From contig NW_027266286.1 in NCBI RefSeq assembly GCF_022045235.1, positions 28,830,001-28,894,000 on the forward strand: a DNA stretch of 64,000 bases. Reading direction: 5' to 3'. This stretch comes from Haliotis cracherodii (Eukaryota). The notes below the pieces were generated by a model. The model was given only the letters and a program-made list of their open reading frames with translations, did not search any database and was not told where the DNA came from. Of this stretch, positions 40,277-53,649 are shown one piece after another (positions within the stretch are counted from its first letter, which is position 1; every line of letters starts with the position of its first letter). The translations under genes and the position numbers were made by a program.

Positions 40277-41235
40277 ATGTCCTCTGTCGAACTTGCTGAA
40301 AGACAGAAGGGCAAAGATGCAGTAATTAATTCCGAGGACTACCGTTACATCATGTCAACATCGGCATCTGACTTAAGTTCCTCTCCATCGTCATCCAAGA
40401 CTAGTCCTCGGAGACCTGAAGCTTCCACCAAAAAGCCAGTACGGGTAGATAACTCCATCAAACCTGGAGACTACAAATATATCATGGAGACATCGGCGTC
40501 AGACGTGTCATCATCTCCATCACGCAAAGGTCTTCATGAATCTGTTGGAGCATCTGCTTCACCCTCTAGGAGCTCTCACGGCAGTCCTCGTGAATCTGAC
40601 AGTGGATCTGACAAACCTGATGACAGATGCTACACTTCACCAACGTCATCTCCATTGCCACACCCAAGGTCTCTTACAGGGTCCAGCCAATCTGTCTTGT
40701 CGTCTGAAATTCTAAGCAGCGTCTCCTCTGACTCTGAGAAAGTATTCGACCCCTTCGCAAAGGACCACCTTCAGCCCAGACTTTCCCCCAGGGAGCCATC
40801 TGTCGACGTTCATTTCCCAGTCGCTGAAACAGTGTCCGAGATATCCCTGGCAAATAGGAGCGATGAATCGTGGTTTACCGACTCCAGAGAGTCGAACAGT
40901 TTCCACCAGGACGCACTACACATACGTAAGCTGATGCTGGACCAGGCGTGGGTCTCTGACAGACAGCAGCCGATGTCGGACTGGGTGTCCTCTGTTATCG
41001 TGTGGGATGATGACGGTAAGTGATTCCATCAGTAGTTGGAACATCATCGAAAGTGAGTGAGTGAGTGTCGTTTAATATCAAAAATAGGCATCACACATTG
41101 TACCAACATTACATGATAAGCTGAAACATATATATGAATTATGACAGGTATATTCACATAAAAGTATTTTCTCTAAGTAGCTTTGCTATCATTTTTTTCT
41201 TCTATGATGCAAATTTGTTGATAAGGAAGTGACAG

Positions 41236-41272
<37 letters not shown>

Positions 41273-42104
41273 AGATTCTTGTTTCTGTCTCAAAAGTTGC
41301 AAGCAACTTGGGTGTGGACTCTCTCCTGACCAGACTGAGGAACAGGTTTCAGGTGAGTCCAGTGATGTCCGTGCTCTTGTCACACAGCGACTCTCATTGC
41401 TTCAAGACATACAAGACATCTTTCTTAACGACAAACGGAACAACTCTAGGGGTCAATTATTATAGTGAACGCTCAAGTGAAGAATTTCATTTTTGAGGGG
41501 TATAACTTGAAACTTAATTATTTTTATGCCTTTTCCCAAGACTCTGGGGAAAAGTTTTTAGAATACTCCCAGAAGAACCAATGGTCGGCCCCAACTAAGT
41601 GATATTTTCCTTGTTGTTTTCGTCATGATGATATCCGCTGAAATATCAACCTACTTTTCTTACCAGAGCACGTGGTGGCGCCTGACAAGGGGGAGGGCGA
41701 CTCGGGTCCAGATCCTCAAGAAATCCAGCTCAGTATCCGGAGGCGGCACCAGCGGTGAGTACAGGAGTATTTGTCGTGTTTGGTTAATGGTTTCACAAAG
41801 CAAAGAACGCCCTACTATTCTCTTTTGCCGGAGAAATTAAAATAATGGAGACCTGTCACCTCAGTAACATGTTCTTGCTGCACCTTGTTGTAGATCTCTT
41901 CAACTTGGTCTTGGTGGTAAAACTGACAAAACAGAAGCGAAACACTGTTACTGTCTTTGGTTGTCCGAGGTCCTTTGTCTGAAGTATTGTTTCCTGTCTG
42001 CAGGTGGAGACGAGGACAAGACACAACGCAGAGAGAAGCTGCAGAAGCGAGTGCAGAGGTTCATGTCCCGGTTCTTCATTTGTGGAGGACCATCACAGGC
42101 CTAG
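40277..42104 (+). CDS. Array gene copy 6, 327 aa
   Basis: Exons 40277-41015, 41297-41352, 41667-41754, 42004-42104; open frame. Confidence 0.75.
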
Positions 42105-42292
42105 ACACAGTCTGTGTTAGGCCCAGACACAGTGCCGGTGTCTCTGTCAGGCCCAGACACAGTGCAGGTGTCTCTATCAGGCCCAGACACGGAGCAGGTG
42201 TCTATGTTAGGCCCAGACACAGTGCAGGTGTCTATGTTAGGCTCAGACACAGAGCCGGTGTCTATGTCAGGACCAGGCAAAGCGCAGGTGTC
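42105..42292. repeat. 30-bp minisatellite, unit 6 (~6 repeats)
   Basis: Same consensus, short array. Confidence 0.93.
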
Positions 42293-42296
42293 ATTG

Positions 42297-43030
42297 TTAA
42301 ATGGGCGTGCCTTATCATGTAGCTGCATCCTGAGTATATTAAAAGGGTGTGTCTTATCATGTAGCTGCCCCCTTTGTATGTTGAATGGGTGTGCGATATC
42401 ATGTAGCTGCATCCTGTGTATATTAAATGGGCGTGCCTTATCGCGTGGCTACATCCTGTGCACATTAAATGGACGTGCCTTATCATGTAGCTACATCCTG
42501 TGCACATTAAATGGACGTGCCTTATCATGTCGCTGCATCCTGTGTATATTAAATGGACGTGCCTTATCGTGTAGCTACATCCTGTGTCTATTAAATGGTC
42601 GTACCTTATCATGTAGCTGCATCCTGTGTATATTAATGTTCGTGCCTTATCGTGTAGCTACATCCTGTGTATATTAATGGGCGTGCCTTATCATGTCGCT
42701 GCATCCTGTGTATATTAGATGGGCGTGCCTTATCGTGTAGCTACATCCTGTGTGTATTTATGGTCGTGTCATATCATGTAGCTACATCCTGTGTCTATTA
42801 AATGTTCGTGCCTTATCATGTAGCTACATCCGGTGTCTATTAAATGTTCGTGCCTTATCATGTAGCTACATCCGGTGTCTATTAATGGCCGTGCCTTATC
42901 ATGTAGCTGTAGCTGGTGTTTATCAAATGTTATCTTGTAGCTACATCCGATGCATGTTATTTGGGCGTGTCTCCTCATGTACCTACATCTCATGTATATT
43001 TAGTGGACGTCCGTCTTCATGTAGCCTGTG
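42297..43030. repeat. 41/42-bp minisatellite, unit 6
   Basis: Same consensus, shortest. Confidence 0.95.
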
Positions 43031-44189
43031 TATCGTGAATAGGGTAATCTATTTACCTTGAGGTTGTGTGCCTGATCCCGTAAATACTAGTATCATATTA
43101 CCTGCTTTATTCTGAATGTATTATACATACATTTATTTGTTTTCCAAATGTACCTGTCACGTGGTTGCAAATGGTAATGAAGGGTCTGTTAAAAAGAGTT
43201 ATAAAAAACTTAATAATAATAAAAGAGGAAAAACATTAATTCATGGGTTTAAAAAAAAATCAATTGAGTTTAAATGTTTATAAATATAAAACAGAAAAAT
43301 ATGAAAATATAGATAAAAAGAGGAATACAAAAGCTTCAAAACATAAATATACTGAAATAAAGAGGGAAAACTAATGCGTGGATAAAAAAATCAAATTGAA
43401 TTGAAATGCTTATAAATATATAACTTAAATATGTGAAATTATTCATAAAAAACCCATCTTATTTATGAATAAAAAGACCAACAATATAGAATATATTGAA
43501 ATATACCCTGAACGTATAGTAAGCATAGGGTCACCTAGACTTACTTGTAATCGGTTGTACACCCTATATGCATAGCTAAGAGTGATTTGTCCACCTTAGT
43601 TGTGGGAGAGATGTAATCCCAACAAAGTTAGTTGTAAGAGAGTTGTGAACCCTATTTTGTATAATTTGTTGTGAGAGACATGTTCAACTCGGTTGTGAGA
43701 GAGTTGTCTATCTTAGCTGTGAGAGCGTTGTGCACCGTGAAAGATTGTACTGTGAAGTAGTTATACTTCTATAATAGTTGTTAGAGGGAAAAGGAAACTT
43801 GGTCGAACTTTGGGGTATTCGGCCACAATCTTTCTTAAGTTTCCAATTGTCAATACAAAATTCAATATGTAATAAAAATGCTAATGGGCAGACAGTGTTA
43901 TTGTCTTAATTCTGTGATATAATTGATAACACTGCAAGATCCGTTGTCTGCAGTACCAGGGCCCACTTGCACAAAGCGATCTTAGACCTATAGAACTCCT
44001 ATACTATAACATAGGCTTACAATAGTCGTAGCACTAAGATCGCTTGGTGCAAGTGGGCTCAGACCCTGAGTTACGAACACGTGACTATGAAGCAGGTGAC
44101 ATTATTGTACACATCCGATGAGGAAGTTACACGTTTTTGTTTGTTGTTTGACGCCGCACTTAGCAATATTTCAGCTGTATTCCAGCTAT

Positions 44190-44797
44190 AGGTCTCTGGG
44201 GTACCTGTCTGGAGGAGGGTGCAGGTCATGGCTACACGTTGACGTTGCTGGCTACAAGGTGGTTCTGTACGATTCAGGCTGCATGGGGCTGGCGTTGTCG
44301 TGCTGATAAAGAACACCGCGTGGTAGCTGTTTTAGGAACGTTTGGTCAATCGGACGCAGAATGTCATCCATGTAACGCTGAGCTGTTAACGATGACCAGT
44401 GGTGTTCTTTCCTGCCAGCAAATTCCTCCCCACAGTGCACCCCCTCCACCATACTCCATCCTCTGACGACGATGTTGCTCTGTCAATAACTGTCCTCTAT
44501 AAGGACTGTAAGGCCTATATCCTTGAGATCCGAGTCGCCTGGTCACTGTCTGTTGACTTACCATACGCCAAAAGGCATTCGTCGCTGATGGCGTCACTGT
44601 CAAGAATCGATTCCAGAGATGCAAAGGTCGCAAACACCGGTCTCCATTGGGCGTAGTTACTCTGGGTCTGCGTGTTGCCTGTCTGGTGTATGCCCAGTCC
44701 ATCTGTAGCGTTGCATCAGGGTAGTTACAGCAACACGGGAGCACTCCCAAAAGTTCTAGCAACGTGGGCCTGGGTGGCTCCCATCTGTACCATACTC
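44190..44797 (-). mobile_element. Tc1 transposase remnant (unit 6)
   Basis: Same motifs. Confidence 0.9.
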
Positions 44798-46915
44798 AGG
44801 GGACCCGTGAAGATCCGGGGTAGAATAGGACTTCAGCAGTCCGTGTTTGCCGTTTAAGGCGATTATGCTTGTCGGCTTGGCGGCTAACGGGATCGGGTGG
44901 TCAGGCTCGCTGACTTGGTTGATGCATGTCATTGTATCTAAATTGCGTGGATCAATGTGATTATCTGGTCAAGACTCGATTATTTACAGACCGCCGTCGT
45001 ATAGCTGGAATATTGCCAACAACTCAGGGCCTGCTCGCGTTGTTCGGGTCTGTTTACTTGATCTCATGAGTGAGTGAGTTGGGTTTAACGCCGCTTTTAA
45101 CAGTATTCCAGTTATATCGCGGCGTCTTGATCGCATGAATTGAATGGAAAGTAATAGTTAATACTTGAGAGTGAGAGAGTTACAACGGCAATGTATCAGC
45201 CATATGGGGATGAGAACAAATTATGTATTCATTAAAACACTGCGCAGTAAGGAAACAAGCTAAATATCACATATTTGATATTAAACAAACCAGATTGATA
45301 AAGGTTAAAAATCATATAGATAAATAGATGAAACAGTTATTTTCGACACATATTCACAATCTATGATACAGACCAATACATGGTCATTTTTTCCCAGAAT
45401 CATCAGTGTCAATGATCGGGGTTTATGTTATTCCTTTTCGTCCGACTGAACTTCATGCAAATATAACAAAGGATACCAACTTTCTTATTTACAAGCTCCA
45501 TACATCCCTTACATCGTTCTCTTGTTCCTAATATACCGCAAGGAAACGAAGAAGGGTCGCGCTGAACTGGAGTTTGCTTGTTTGAATGTCGAACGAAGGG
45601 AGATAACTCTAATGGAACACGTTTTTCAAACATTTTGTTAAACACCAACAGAAGATGACAGGGGGTCATTGATACTATCAATCAAAGGAACGTTGATTAT
45701 GAGCATCCGACAGCCATCAACTAAATTAGTTTCAACATTGAAAACACCTTATTGTCGATTTTCATGTTACAATGACGTCATAGTATCATGACGTCACAGG
45801 TCAAAGTTCATCACTTCGTAGTATTGTTCTGCGAGACCGCTAGCACAAAGGCCGCTCTCGTGTTTTAAGAAGTTTAATCAGTATATTACACCCCGTACAG
45901 ATCGGACACCTTCCAGGTAAGTACCAGAGTATACTACTTTCTTTTCTAGACTTCCAGCGGTTGTATTTAATAGCTCCATATTGTTTCCCCAAAACACGAC
46001 CGTGTCTGATGTTAGGTTGCGGTAAGAAAATGTTTGATGTGTATTAGGATCAACGGTTTTATCAATTTCTGAGGCCACATCAGCCGAGTACAGATTAATC
46101 TGTTCTATCTTTAACATTTTGTCCTCGTGGTTCAACTGATTAAATGGTTAATTTTCTTTAAACAGATCTTTTAAAACGCTAAATAAGCGCGATAGTTGGT
46201 TTTAACCCCACTTTTAAAAGGATTCCAGTTATTTCACTGCGTGTCAGCTTACTGTGGAAGGAAAGGCCGGAGTGATACAGGTCTCAGACGTTTACCACTT
46301 TGGGGAAACACACGAGCATGGGTATGGTGCCAAAAAACCTAGAAACATAATCGGGTCGAACCGGGATTCGAACCCAAGATCATATACTATACTCCAATAC
46401 CATAACACAGACTTACACATGCGCGGGTCCTGATATCTATTTGTAAGTTTTCTTCCGATGGTGGTAGAAATAAATTTCAAACAAAGATGGTAGAATACCA
46501 GTGATAAGATAGTGTTTATATTAAGAAACATATTTTTTAGGACACTGCACCTATCACACCTAGACGTATACACTCTGTGACATATCAATATGCTGACGTA
46601 TAGTTTTCACACTTGATATGCATTGAATGTATACATATACATGGTACTTGATTTTGTGTTATCTTTTTTTCCGATTTTGCAACATGTAATTAACTTTTCT
46701 CGATTCTGATTTTCTTGGGCCAAGACTACACTTTTTACTCACTGACGTAAACTTTGTTATGCAGATGGCTTTTTAAAATCTTTAGCCTAACTAAAATTTG
46801 TTAAAATATGTCTTACGTAACACAGATTTAATTGCTTGATCAAACCTAGCCGAAAACTGATGTTTTTATAACAAATACTATTTGTGAAAACAGTGTGACA
46901 TCCAGGAAGCCCACA

Positions 46916-48739
46916 ATGTCCTCTGTCGAACTTGCTGAAAGAAAGAAGGGCAAAGATGCAGTAATTAATTCCGAGGACTACAGTTACACCATGTCAACAT
47001 CGGCATCTGACTTAAGTTCCTCTCCATCGTCGTCATCCAAGACTAGTCCTCGGAGACCTGAAGCTTCCGCCAAAAAGCCAGTATGGGTAGATAACTCCAT
47101 CAAACCTGGAGACTACAAATATATCATGGAGACATCGGCGTCAGACGTGTCGTCATCTCCATCACGCAAAGGTCTTCGTGAATCTGTTGGAGCATCTGCT
47201 TCGCTCTCTGGGAGCAGTCCTCGTGAATCTGAAAGTCGATCTGACAAACAAGATGACAGTTGCTACACTTCACCAACGTCATCTCCATTGCCACACCCAA
47301 GGTCTCTTACAGGGTCCAGCCAATCTGTCTTGTCGTCTGAAATTCTAAGCAGCGTCTCCTCTGACTCGGAGAAAGTATTCGACCCCTTCGCGAAGGACCA
47401 CCTTCAGCCCAGACTTTCCCCCAGGGAGCCATCTGTCGACGTTCATTTCCCAGTCGCTGAAACAGTGTCCGAGATATCCCTGGCAAACAGGAGCGATGAA
47501 TCGTGGTTTACCGACTCCAGGGAGTCGAACAGTTTTCACCAGGACGCACTACACATACGTAAGCTGATGCTGGACCAGGCGTGGGTCTCTGACAGACAGC
47601 AGCCGATGTCGGACTGGGTGTCCTCTGTTATCGTCTGGGATGATGACGGTAAGAGATTCCACCAGTAGTTGGAACATCATCAGAGATGTCAAAAGTGAGT
47701 GAGTGAGTGAGTGAGTGAGTGAGTGAGTGACTGTCGTTTTTAACAATATTCCTGCTACTTCACATTGTACCAACACAACATGATGAGCTGAAACATATAT
47801 GAATTATGACAGGTGTATTTACATAAAAGTATTTTCTCTAAGTAGTTTTGCAATTATTATTTTTCCTATGAAGCAAATTTGCTGATAACGAAGTGACAGA
47901 TATATATATATATAAGATTCTTGTTTCTGTCTCAAAAGTTGCAAGCAACTTGGGTGTGGACTCTCTCCTGACCAGACTGAGGAACCGGTTTCAGGTGAGT
48001 CCAGTGATGTCCGTGCTCTTATCACACAGCGACTCTCATTGCTTCAAGACATACAAGGCATCTTAAGGAAAAACGAAACAATTCTACGGATCCATTATAG
48101 TGAACGCTCAAGTGAAGAATTTCATTTTTGAGGGGTAAAACCCGAAACTTAATTATTTTTTTGCCTTTTTCCAAGACTGGGGAAACGTTTTTAGAATACT
48201 CCCAGAAGAACCAATGGTCGGCCCCAACTAAGTGATATTTTCCTTGTTGTTTTCGTCATGATGATATCCGCTGAAATATCAATCTACTTTTCTTACCAGA
48301 GCACGTGGTGGCGCCTGACAAGGGGGAGGGCGACTCGGGTCCAGATCCTCAAGAAATCCAGCTCAGCATCCGGAGGCTGCACCAGCGGTGAGTACAGGAG
48401 TATTTGTCGTGTTTGGTTAATGGTTTCACAAAGCAAAGAACGCCCTACTATTCTCTTTTGCCGGAGAGAAATCAAAATAATGGAGACCTGTCACCTCAGT
48501 AACATGTTCTTGCTGCACCTTGTTGTAGATTTCTTCAACTTGGTCTGGATGGTAAAATTGACATAACAGAAGCGAAACACTGTTACTGTCTTTGGTTGTC
48601 CGAGGTCCTTTGTCTGAAGTGTTGTTTCCTGTCTGCAGGTGGAGACGAGGACAAGACACAACGCAGAGAAAAGCGACAGAAGCGAGTGCAGAGGTTCATG
48701 TCCCGGTTCTTCATTTGTGGAGGACCATCACAGGCCTAG
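46916..48739 (+). CDS. Array gene copy 7, 325 aa
   Basis: Exons 46916-47648, 47939-47994, 48300-48387, 48639-48739. It carries +3 and -9 nt indels in exon 1, both frame-preserving. Confidence 0.75.
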
Positions 48740-49005
48740 ACACAGTCTGTGTTAGACCCAGACACAGTGCCGGTGTCTATGTCAGGCCCAGACACAGTGC
48801 CGGTGTCTCTGTCAGGCCCAGACACAGTACCAGTGTCTCTGTCAGGCCCAGACACAGTGCCGGTGTATATATCAGGCCCAGACACAGTGCAGGTGTCTAT
48901 GTCAGGCCCAGACACAGTGCAGGTGTCTATGTCAGGCCCAGACACAATGCAGGTATCTATGTCAGGCCAAGACAGTGCCGATGACTACAGGCACAGCGCA
49001 AGTGT
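48740..49005. repeat. 30-bp minisatellite, unit 7 (~8 repeats)
   Basis: Same consensus, short array. Confidence 0.93.
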
Positions 49006-49009
49006 CATT

Positions 49010-50038
49010 GTTAAATGGGTGTGTCTTATCATGTGCCTGCATCCTGTGTATATTAAATGGTCGTGCCTTATCATGTAGCTGCATCCTGTGTATATTAATG
49101 GTCGTGCCTTATCATGTCGCTGCATCCTGTGTATATTAAATGGGCGTGCCTTAACATGTAGCTACATCCTGTGTATATTCAATGGACGTGCCTTATCGTG
49201 TAGCTACATCCTGTGTATATTCAATGGACGTGCCTTATCGTGTAGCTACATCCTGTGTATATTAAATGGTCGTGCCTTATCATGTAGCTGCACACTGTGT
49301 ATATTAATGGTCGTGTCTTATCATGTAACTGCACACTGTGTATATTAATGGTCGTGTCTTATCATGTAACTGCACACTGTGTATATTAAATGGTCGTGCC
49401 TTATCATGTAGCTGCATTCTGTGTATATTAAATGGTCGTGCCTTATCATGTAACTGCACACTGTGTATATTAATGGTCGTGCGTTATCATGTCGCTGCAT
49501 CCTGTGTATATTAAATGGTCGTGCCTTATCATGTAGCTACATCCTGTGTATGTGAAATGGACGTGCCTTATCATGTAGCTACATCCTGTGTATGTTAAAT
49601 GGGCGTGCCTTATCATGAAGCTACATCCTGTGTATATTTAATGGGCGTGCTTTATCATGTAGCTACATCCTGTGTATGTTAAATGGGCGTGCCATATCAT
49701 GTAGCTACATCCTGTGTATATTAAATGGGCGTGCTTTATCATGTAGCTACATCCTGTGTGTATAAAACGGGCGTGGCTTATCATGTAGCTACATCCTGTG
49801 TATATTAAATGGTCGTGCCTTATCATGTAGCTACATCAAATGGTTATTTAATGGTCGTGCCTTATCATGTAGCTACATCCGGTGTCTATTAATGGTCGTG
49901 CCTTATCATGTAGCTGTAGCTGGTGTTTGTCAAACGTTATCTTGTAGCTACATCCGATGCATGTTATTTGGGCGTGTCTCCTCATGTACCTACATCTCAT
50001 GTATATTTAGTGGACGTCCGTCTTCATGTAGCCTGTGT
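49010..50038. repeat. 41/42-bp minisatellite, unit 7
   Basis: Same consensus. Confidence 0.95.
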
Positions 50039-51296
50039 ATCGTGAATAGGGTAATCTATTTACCTTGAGGTTGTGTGCCTGATCCTGTAAATATCATATT
50101 ACCTGCTTTGTTCTGAATGTATTACACATACATTTATTTGTTTTCCAAATGTACCTGTCACGTGGTTGCAAATGGTAATGAAGGGTCTGTTAAAAAGAGT
50201 TATACAAAAACTTAACAATAATAAAAAGAGAAAAAAAATTAATTCATGGGTTTAAAAAAAATCAATTGATTTTAAATGCTTATAAATATAAAACTGAAAA
50301 ATGTGAAAATATAGATTAAAAAGCTTCAAAAGAAACAAGGGGAAAAACGTAAATCGTTGATAAAAAAATCCAATTGAGTTGAAATGCTTATGAAAATATA
50401 ACTAAAATATCTGATATGATTAATAAAAAAACATCTTATTTATGAATAAAAAGACCAACAATATAGAATATAGTGAAATATATCCTGAACGTATACTAAG
50501 CATAGGGTCACCTAAACTTACTTGTAATCGGTTGTACACCCTATATGCATAGCTTAGAGTGATTTGTCCACCTTAGTTGTGTGAGAGATGTAATCCCAAC
50601 ATAATAAGTTGTAAGAGAGTTGTGAAACCTATATTTATAATTTGTTGTGAGAGACATGTTCAACTCGGTTGTGAGAGAGTTGTCTATCTTAGCTGTGAGA
50701 GCGTTGTGCACCGTGGATGATCATACTGTGAAGTAGTTATACATCTATAATAGTTGTTAAAGAAAAAAGGAAACTTGGTCTAACTTTAAAGGTATTCGGC
50801 CACAATCTTTCTTAAGTTCCCGATTGTCAACACAAAATTCAATATGCAATAAAAGTGCTGATGGGCAGACAGTGTTATTGTCTTAATTCTGTGATATTAT
50901 TACGCTGCAAGATTCGTTGTCTGCAGTACCAGGGCCCACTTGCACAAAGCGATCTTAGAACTAAGATGATCATAACTCCTATACTTTAACATAGGCTTAC
51001 AATAGTCGTAGCCCTAAGATCGCTTGGTGCAAGTGGGCTCAGACCCTGTGGGAAGTGAAGCACCTCAGTACAACGCGTGACTACGAAGCAGGTGATTGTA
51101 CACATCCGATGAGGGGGTTCCACGTCTTTGTTTGTTAGTTGTTTGACGCCGCACTCAGCAATATTCCAGCTATATATGGAGTAATTGACCGTACTTGAAG
51201 TTCAATGAATAGTCAACAAATTACTAGTTTACTGAAACACTCAGTTTTCAGTTATCAATTAAAAAAAACAGTCGTGTTGGAAATACTCACTTGGCA

Positions 51297-51566
51297 AGTT
51301 TGTTTGTTTGTTATTTAACGCCACACTTAGCAATATTCCAGCTCTTTGACGGCGGTCTGTAAATAATCGAGTCTGGACCCAACAATCCAGTGATTGATGT
51401 CATGAGCATCGATCCACACAATTGGGATACGATGACATGCATCAATCAAGTCAGCGAGCCTGACCACCCGATCCCGTTAGTCGCATCTTATGACAAGCAT
51501 AGTCACCTTTTACAGCAAGCACGGGTTGCTGAAGACCTATTCTACCCCGGATCTTCATGGGGCCCC
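51297..51566 (-). mobile_element. SINE, same family, reverse orientation
   Basis: TTTGTTTGTT..TTTAACGCCACACTTAGCAATATTCCAGCT...GACCACCCGATCCCGTTAGTCGC...TCTACCCCGGATCTTCA. Confidence 0.85.
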
Positions 51567-51775
51567 TGAGCATAGTACAGATGGGAGCCACCCAGGCCGT
51601 GGTTGCTGCCATTTTGGTGGTTGCTCCCGTGTTGCTGTAACTAACCTGATGCAACGTTACAGATGGACCCGGCAGGCACCAGACAGGTAACATGCAGACC
51701 CAGAGTAACTACGCCCAATGAAGACCGGTATTTGCGTACTTTGCATCTCCGGAATCGATTGTTGACAATGACGTA
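51567..51775 (+). mobile_element. Tc1 transposase N-terminal remnant, inverted relative to the array copies
   Basis: Reverse complement of the array Tc1 5' part (FGGCSRVAVTNLMQRYRWT..PDR; CCCAGAGTAACTACGCCCAATGAAGACCGG = PRVTTPNEDR), truncated near 51775. Confidence 0.88.
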
Positions 51776-52002
51776 ATCGAGTTTGACCACCCGATCCCGT
51801 AAGTCGCCTCTTAGTCGCTTTTTAAGGTAAGCATGGGTTGTTGTAGACGACTTGGCAACTAGATAAGACGCATGTCAGGTTTAAAAGGCCCGAGTCTCCC
51901 TCATGTCGCCCTTATTATATAGACACAGCCAACCTTCTAGAAACTGTCACATCGCGAGACGTCTCGAACCAAATCTGTCTCTGTCTGTCTGTCCGCCCCC
52001 CC

Positions 52003-52009
52003 CCTCTCT

Positions 52010-52065
<56 letters not shown>
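52003..52065. repeat. (CT)n microsatellite
   Basis: Direct inspection. Confidence 0.95.
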
Positions 52066-52069
<4 letters not shown>

Positions 52070-52896
52070 AACAACCAAGGGGGTAACTCTATATCACACT
52101 TCCTGTTTCAGTCTAGGAACAGAATTCGATGTTTTACGTGAGTTTCAGTTTCCTGCCACTGGCAAACACAACAAACAAATCTACATCGGTATTTCCTGCC
52201 ACATAACACAAGGCAGTTAATTCAGTTATTGTTTTCTTTAAAACGGCCTTCATAATAAATCATGCAAAATCACTACTCCATTGCTGCCCGAGTTATGCCA
52301 GCGGAATGAGCCGAGCGGATCCGAGTGGGGATATCCGCATACACATGAACACGCATGTCAAACTAATACTTCCGTTTATACCTCTATAGATTCGGTTGAC
52401 CTCTGTTATTCAAAATATCCTAAATATCACGGTGACACCGGCTCCACTGGTATCCTTCGTTGCATCATCGCTATTCGATATTGATTCATGAACGCATACT
52501 TATGACATAGCCAGAATCGTAAAATGCACTCTGCTTTTAGCTGAGATTTCTTATGATTATGGTATTGTCACTTTTATCTATTACAAAGCCTCTACTATAG
52601 CCAGATGGGGAGTATACTTCCTTGTCTTGATAAACAAGGAAAGGTCGAACAGATCGAACAACTCTTCCTGACATTCAACACAAGATTAGTGTTTATTTTA
52701 GGGGTGAAATGGTTCATAAAGACAAATGTTCAATAAATTACGTATATTTTTTGCATGATTTCAATTATCTTACACTAAACTCCATGGTGTCATTGAGGTA
52801 GCCTGGAGGAAGTTTCCGCATACAGTGTTATTTCACTCGAGTGAAATATCGATTTTGTATTTGGAGAGAACTTCATCGCCAAGCACCTTAAAAGGA

Positions 52897-52926
52897 ACAG
52901 ACAGACAGACAGACAGTCAGACAGTC

Positions 52927-52962
<36 letters not shown>
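52897..52962. repeat. (ACAG)n microsatellite
   Basis: Direct inspection. Confidence 0.95.
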
Positions 52963-53649
52963 GTGTTCATTCAGTATTTCGGCCTTGTGGCCCTGAGTAC
53001 AATTCAGAGAACAGAATAAAGTTGGTAGTCACGTGACTGACATGCCATTAGCTAGACTAACAACACTTTGAAATCTTATAGAAAATGTGTATGATAAAGG
53101 TGGCTACTGACTTAATAGAACATCATTTGAGTTGAGTAAATTGTACATGGTGATTTACGTATGTATTTTCTAAATGTGTCAAATATTTCATTCTTTGGGA
53201 AGCAGTGGCATCGCAGATAAACAGAACATCGTACTCGTCTTCAATGGACACAGATTTACAATATGAACAACTACTATCTGAACAGTCTATATGTCTTTAT
53301 TTTTCCTAATATCTTGTATTTGTAAACAATGTAAAGCGATTCTAAACTTACACATCGCTCGTAGAAGGGATTTAATCATTTAATGTTATATATTCCTCAG
53401 GTTCAAACACAGATTTAATGGAAGCATAATGTGAAAGAAAGTGAGAGGATCTAATACTTTCCGACCAATTTTGATATCAACGAGTCTTTGTTTAAAGGAA
53501 GAAACAAATGATAACTTATTCCAAACAGGAATACCACAAGAAAATATTGGTATTCTGACACCGGATGCCCATGCTTGGTTGCCATTGTTATCTAAAAATA
53601 CCAGCGACCGGTATCTCTGGTAAGGGTAACGACAATGTGGTATACGTAT

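Larger units (their letters stand above)
1..51173 (+). repeat. Tandem gene-containing array (macrosatellite-like), 7 units, first truncated by window edge
   Basis: The same exon-1 donor (GATGACG|GTAAG) recurs at 592, 8060, 16393, 24288, 32944, 41015 and 47648, giving periods of 7468, 8333, 7895, 8656, 8071 and 6633 bp. Module order is the same in every unit. Collinear similarity stops at ~51173. Confidence 0.97.
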
